The position numbers and the translations under genes were made by a program. A stretch of DNA of 64,000 bases from Candidatus Brennerbacteria bacterium (GTDB lineage Bacteria > Patescibacteriota > Minisyncoccia > UBA6257 > GWB1-50-10), in NCBI GenBank assembly GCA_043799565.1, contig JAZDNP010000008.1, positions 9,553-73,552 on the forward strand, in the 5' to 3' direction. Under the pieces are notes generated by a model. It was not told the DNA's origin and ran no database searches. It was given only the letters and a program-made list of their open reading frames with translations. This document shows positions 62,152-64,000 of this stretch, piece by piece; the first letter of the stretch is position 1; each line of letters opens with the position of its first letter.

Positions 62152-62862
62152 CTATACCTTCGCCGAAGCAACGATTTCCCTGAACTGCTTCAGCGAAAGG
62201 CTCGATCCACCCACCAACGCGCCATCAATTCCTTTCCCTTTAAAAAAACTTTCGGCGTTCTTCGGCGAAACGGAACCTCCGTATAAAACCCTTACCTTCA
62301 ACTTGCTTCTTTTGACCAAAAAACTTTTGATGAACTGCGCCATCTCGGCGGCTTCTTCGGGCTTGTCGGCTTTGCCGCTCCCGATGGCCCATATCGGCTC
62401 GTAGGCGACGATGAGCGGCGAACGTACCTTTTTCAGATCCGCCGAAAGTTGCATCTTCACAAATTGTTTTGCGGCGGTAATGCCCTTTTTCCTCACACTC
62501 CACGGTTCTCCGACGCAAAGAATCACCGCGAGTCCAGCCCTCTCGGCCGCACTCACTTTTTTCGCTACCGTAGCGTCGGATTCTCCATCCGCGCGCCTCT
62601 CCGAATGGCCCACAATCACATAGCGCACGCCGAGCGAGCGAAGCATGGACGGCGAGACCGCTCCGGTAAAAGCACCTTCCGCCTCATAAAACGCGTCCTG
62701 AGCGCCAAGCTTTGCACGTTTCAACACCTTGCCTACCGCCGAAAGAAACGGAAAAGGCGGAGCGATAACAACGTTCAGCTTGTCTTCCGCCAGCGCAAGA
62801 CGAACCGCTTCTTTCTCGGTCTTTGGATTTAACTTCCAATTCGCAACAACCAGTTTTTTCAT
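62152..62862 (-). CDS. tpiA: Triosephosphate isomerase
   Basis: ANWKLN, GHSERR, AYEPIWAIGSG, YGGSV signatures. Confidence 0.95.
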   Translation of the reverse strand: MKKLVVANWKLNPKTEKEAVRLALAEDKLNVVIAPPFPFLSAVGKVLKRAKLGAQDAFYEAEGAFTGAVSPSMLRSLGVRYVIVGHSERRADGESDATVAKKVSAAERAGLAVILCVGEPWSVRKKGITAAKQFVKMQLSADLKKVRSPLIVAYEPIWAIGSGKADKPEEAAEMAQFIKSFLVKRSKLKVRVLYGGSVSPKNAESFFKGKGIDGALVGGSSLSLKQFREIVASAKV

Positions 62863-64000
62863 CAGTTTCTTAGCCGTTCCCGTATTTCCTTTTCGACCTC
62901 CTCGCGCCGGCGTCCGTAGCGTGTACGCGAACGTTCTCGTATGGAGGCGCGGAGCGTTTCGTCCCCGTGCGCTCCAGGCACGAGCGCAAGCGAAAACGGC
63001 GGGGAAGTTTCTCCGTCCACTAAAAGTTTCAATGCGCCGCGGAAGTTATCCAAGTTCGTAAGATCGTCGGGAGTGAACGTGCCGCCAAGCTGTTTTGCAA
63101 GTATCTCCGCGTCCGGCGCGCCCACGCGAAATACCAGCGAGGACCCGACGTTTCCGAATACCGCATCGCATATCTTTTCCGTAAGTTGCCCCAGGAATTG
63201 GTGCGCAATGGTGAGGTCTAAGCGATACTTCCGCGCTTCGGAGAGGATAGTCGCAATGGAATCGGTCGTGAAATTTTGGAACTCGTCTATGGAAAGATAG
63301 AAATCGCGCCGCGAGGTCTCAGGCATATCGCCACGCCCGAGCGCGGCCATCAGGATCTTACCCACTACCACCATGCCGAGAAGCGAGGCATTCATGTCTC
63401 CAATCTTCCCTTTCGCGAGATTCACGAGAAGAATTTTCCCGTTGTCCATAAGTTCGCGGAAATTGAGCGCGGAGTGCGTTTGGCCCACGATAATCCTCAT
63501 ATAGTCGTTTGAGGTGAACGCAGCGAACTTTGAGGTGATGTAAGGCGTCATGTTCGCGAGCGCCGCTTCGCCTCCCGCCTTCGTCGCTTCCTTTTCCCAG
63601 AAATCCTGCACGGTAGGGTTCGTAATGCGCGCAAGCTTCCGTGTGCGAAACGCCGCGTCGGTAAAAACGCGCGGAACTTCCATAAGCGTCGCCGGCTCCA
63701 CCGCGCTGTCTTCCATGAGAAGCAGGAGTGCGTTCCGCATGTACTGTTCGAACATCGGGCCTCCCGTGGCTTTCAGGTCGTAGAGCCGGTCGAATATACC
63801 GAGGAGCTCGTTCACAATAAACGTCTTTTCCTCTGGCCGCGAGTGGTCGTGCTCTATCATATTGAGCCCTAAGGGGAACTCCAGGTCGGAGGGGTCAAAA
63901 ACAACGACGTCGTCCATGCGTTTGGGCGGTACCAGCGCGAGAAGCCGTTCTATAAGATCGCCGTGCGGATCAATAACGGCAACACCTTTACCCTCCGCCA
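62862..64000 (-). CDS. VirD4/TraD-like P-loop ATPase, paralog of 27971..29917 (5' end beyond window)
   Basis: Frame stays open to the window edge and reads ...AEGKGVAVIDPHGDLIERL..., matching ANGEGVCVVDPHGELVESI of the other copy; shared LVNxxKGxIGxxNxxLLG, DEFQNF, FRVGAxDAE blocks; stop overlaps tpiA start. Confidence 0.8.
   Translation of the reverse strand, partial: AEGKGVAVIDPHGDLIERLLALVPPKRMDDVVVFDPSDLEFPLGLNMIEHDHSRPEEKTFIVNELLGIFDRLYDLKATGGPMFEQYMRNALLLLMEDSAVEPATLMEVPRVFTDAAFRTRKLARITNPTVQDFWEKEATKAGGEAALANMTPYITSKFAAFTSNDYMRIIVGQTHSALNFRELMDNGKILLVNLAKGKIGDMNASLLGMVVVGKILMAALGRGDMPETSRRDFYLSIDEFQNFTTDSIATILSEARKYRLDLTIAHQFLGQLTEKICDAVFGNVGSSLVFRVGAPDAEILAKQLGGTFTPDDLTNLDNFRGALKLLVDGETSPPFSLALVPGAHGDETLRASIRERSRTRYGRRREEVEKEIRERLRN

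Overview
This 64-kb window is a housekeeping-dense chromosomal segment, almost entirely minus-strand coded, from a high-GC genome that looks like Patescibacteria/CPR or a similar uncultivated lineage. The lineage call is low-confidence; it rests on a missing L30 gene, a type-Z S14, extended L22/S19/L23, a K-rich RpoD N-terminus, a short AlaRS/AspRS/Rel, and multiple VirD4/TraD-like ATPases.

The main blocks are:
- the S10-spc-alpha ribosomal-protein cluster (secY back to rpsJ), then tuf, fusA, rpsG and rpsL, with two paralogous secreted-protein genes inserted between fusA and tuf;
- a site-2 protease, a T9SS-CTD/dockerin secreted protein, rpmB, tRNA-Pro, ndk, aspS, an apparently split comEC, mnmA and efp;
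- a retron-type reverse transcriptase with a ~540-nt structured non-coding region, sitting next to a zinc-ribbon P-loop ATPase, then tsaC, alaS and rpoD;
- a frameshifted dnaG, an RRM protein, an FKBP-HExxH-hydrolase operon, tRNA-Ser, a TPM/LemA pair, groESL with a CIRCE-like operator, rel, parB and parA;
- tRNA-Leu followed by a ~630-bp insert flanked by a duplicated tRNA 3' end, then rpsF-ssb-rpsR, rpoB-rpoC, mltG, rodA and tpiA.

No CRISPR array, rRNA gene or intact mobile element was seen. The most interesting candidate system is the retron-like RT together with its structured RNA region and the adjacent ATPase.
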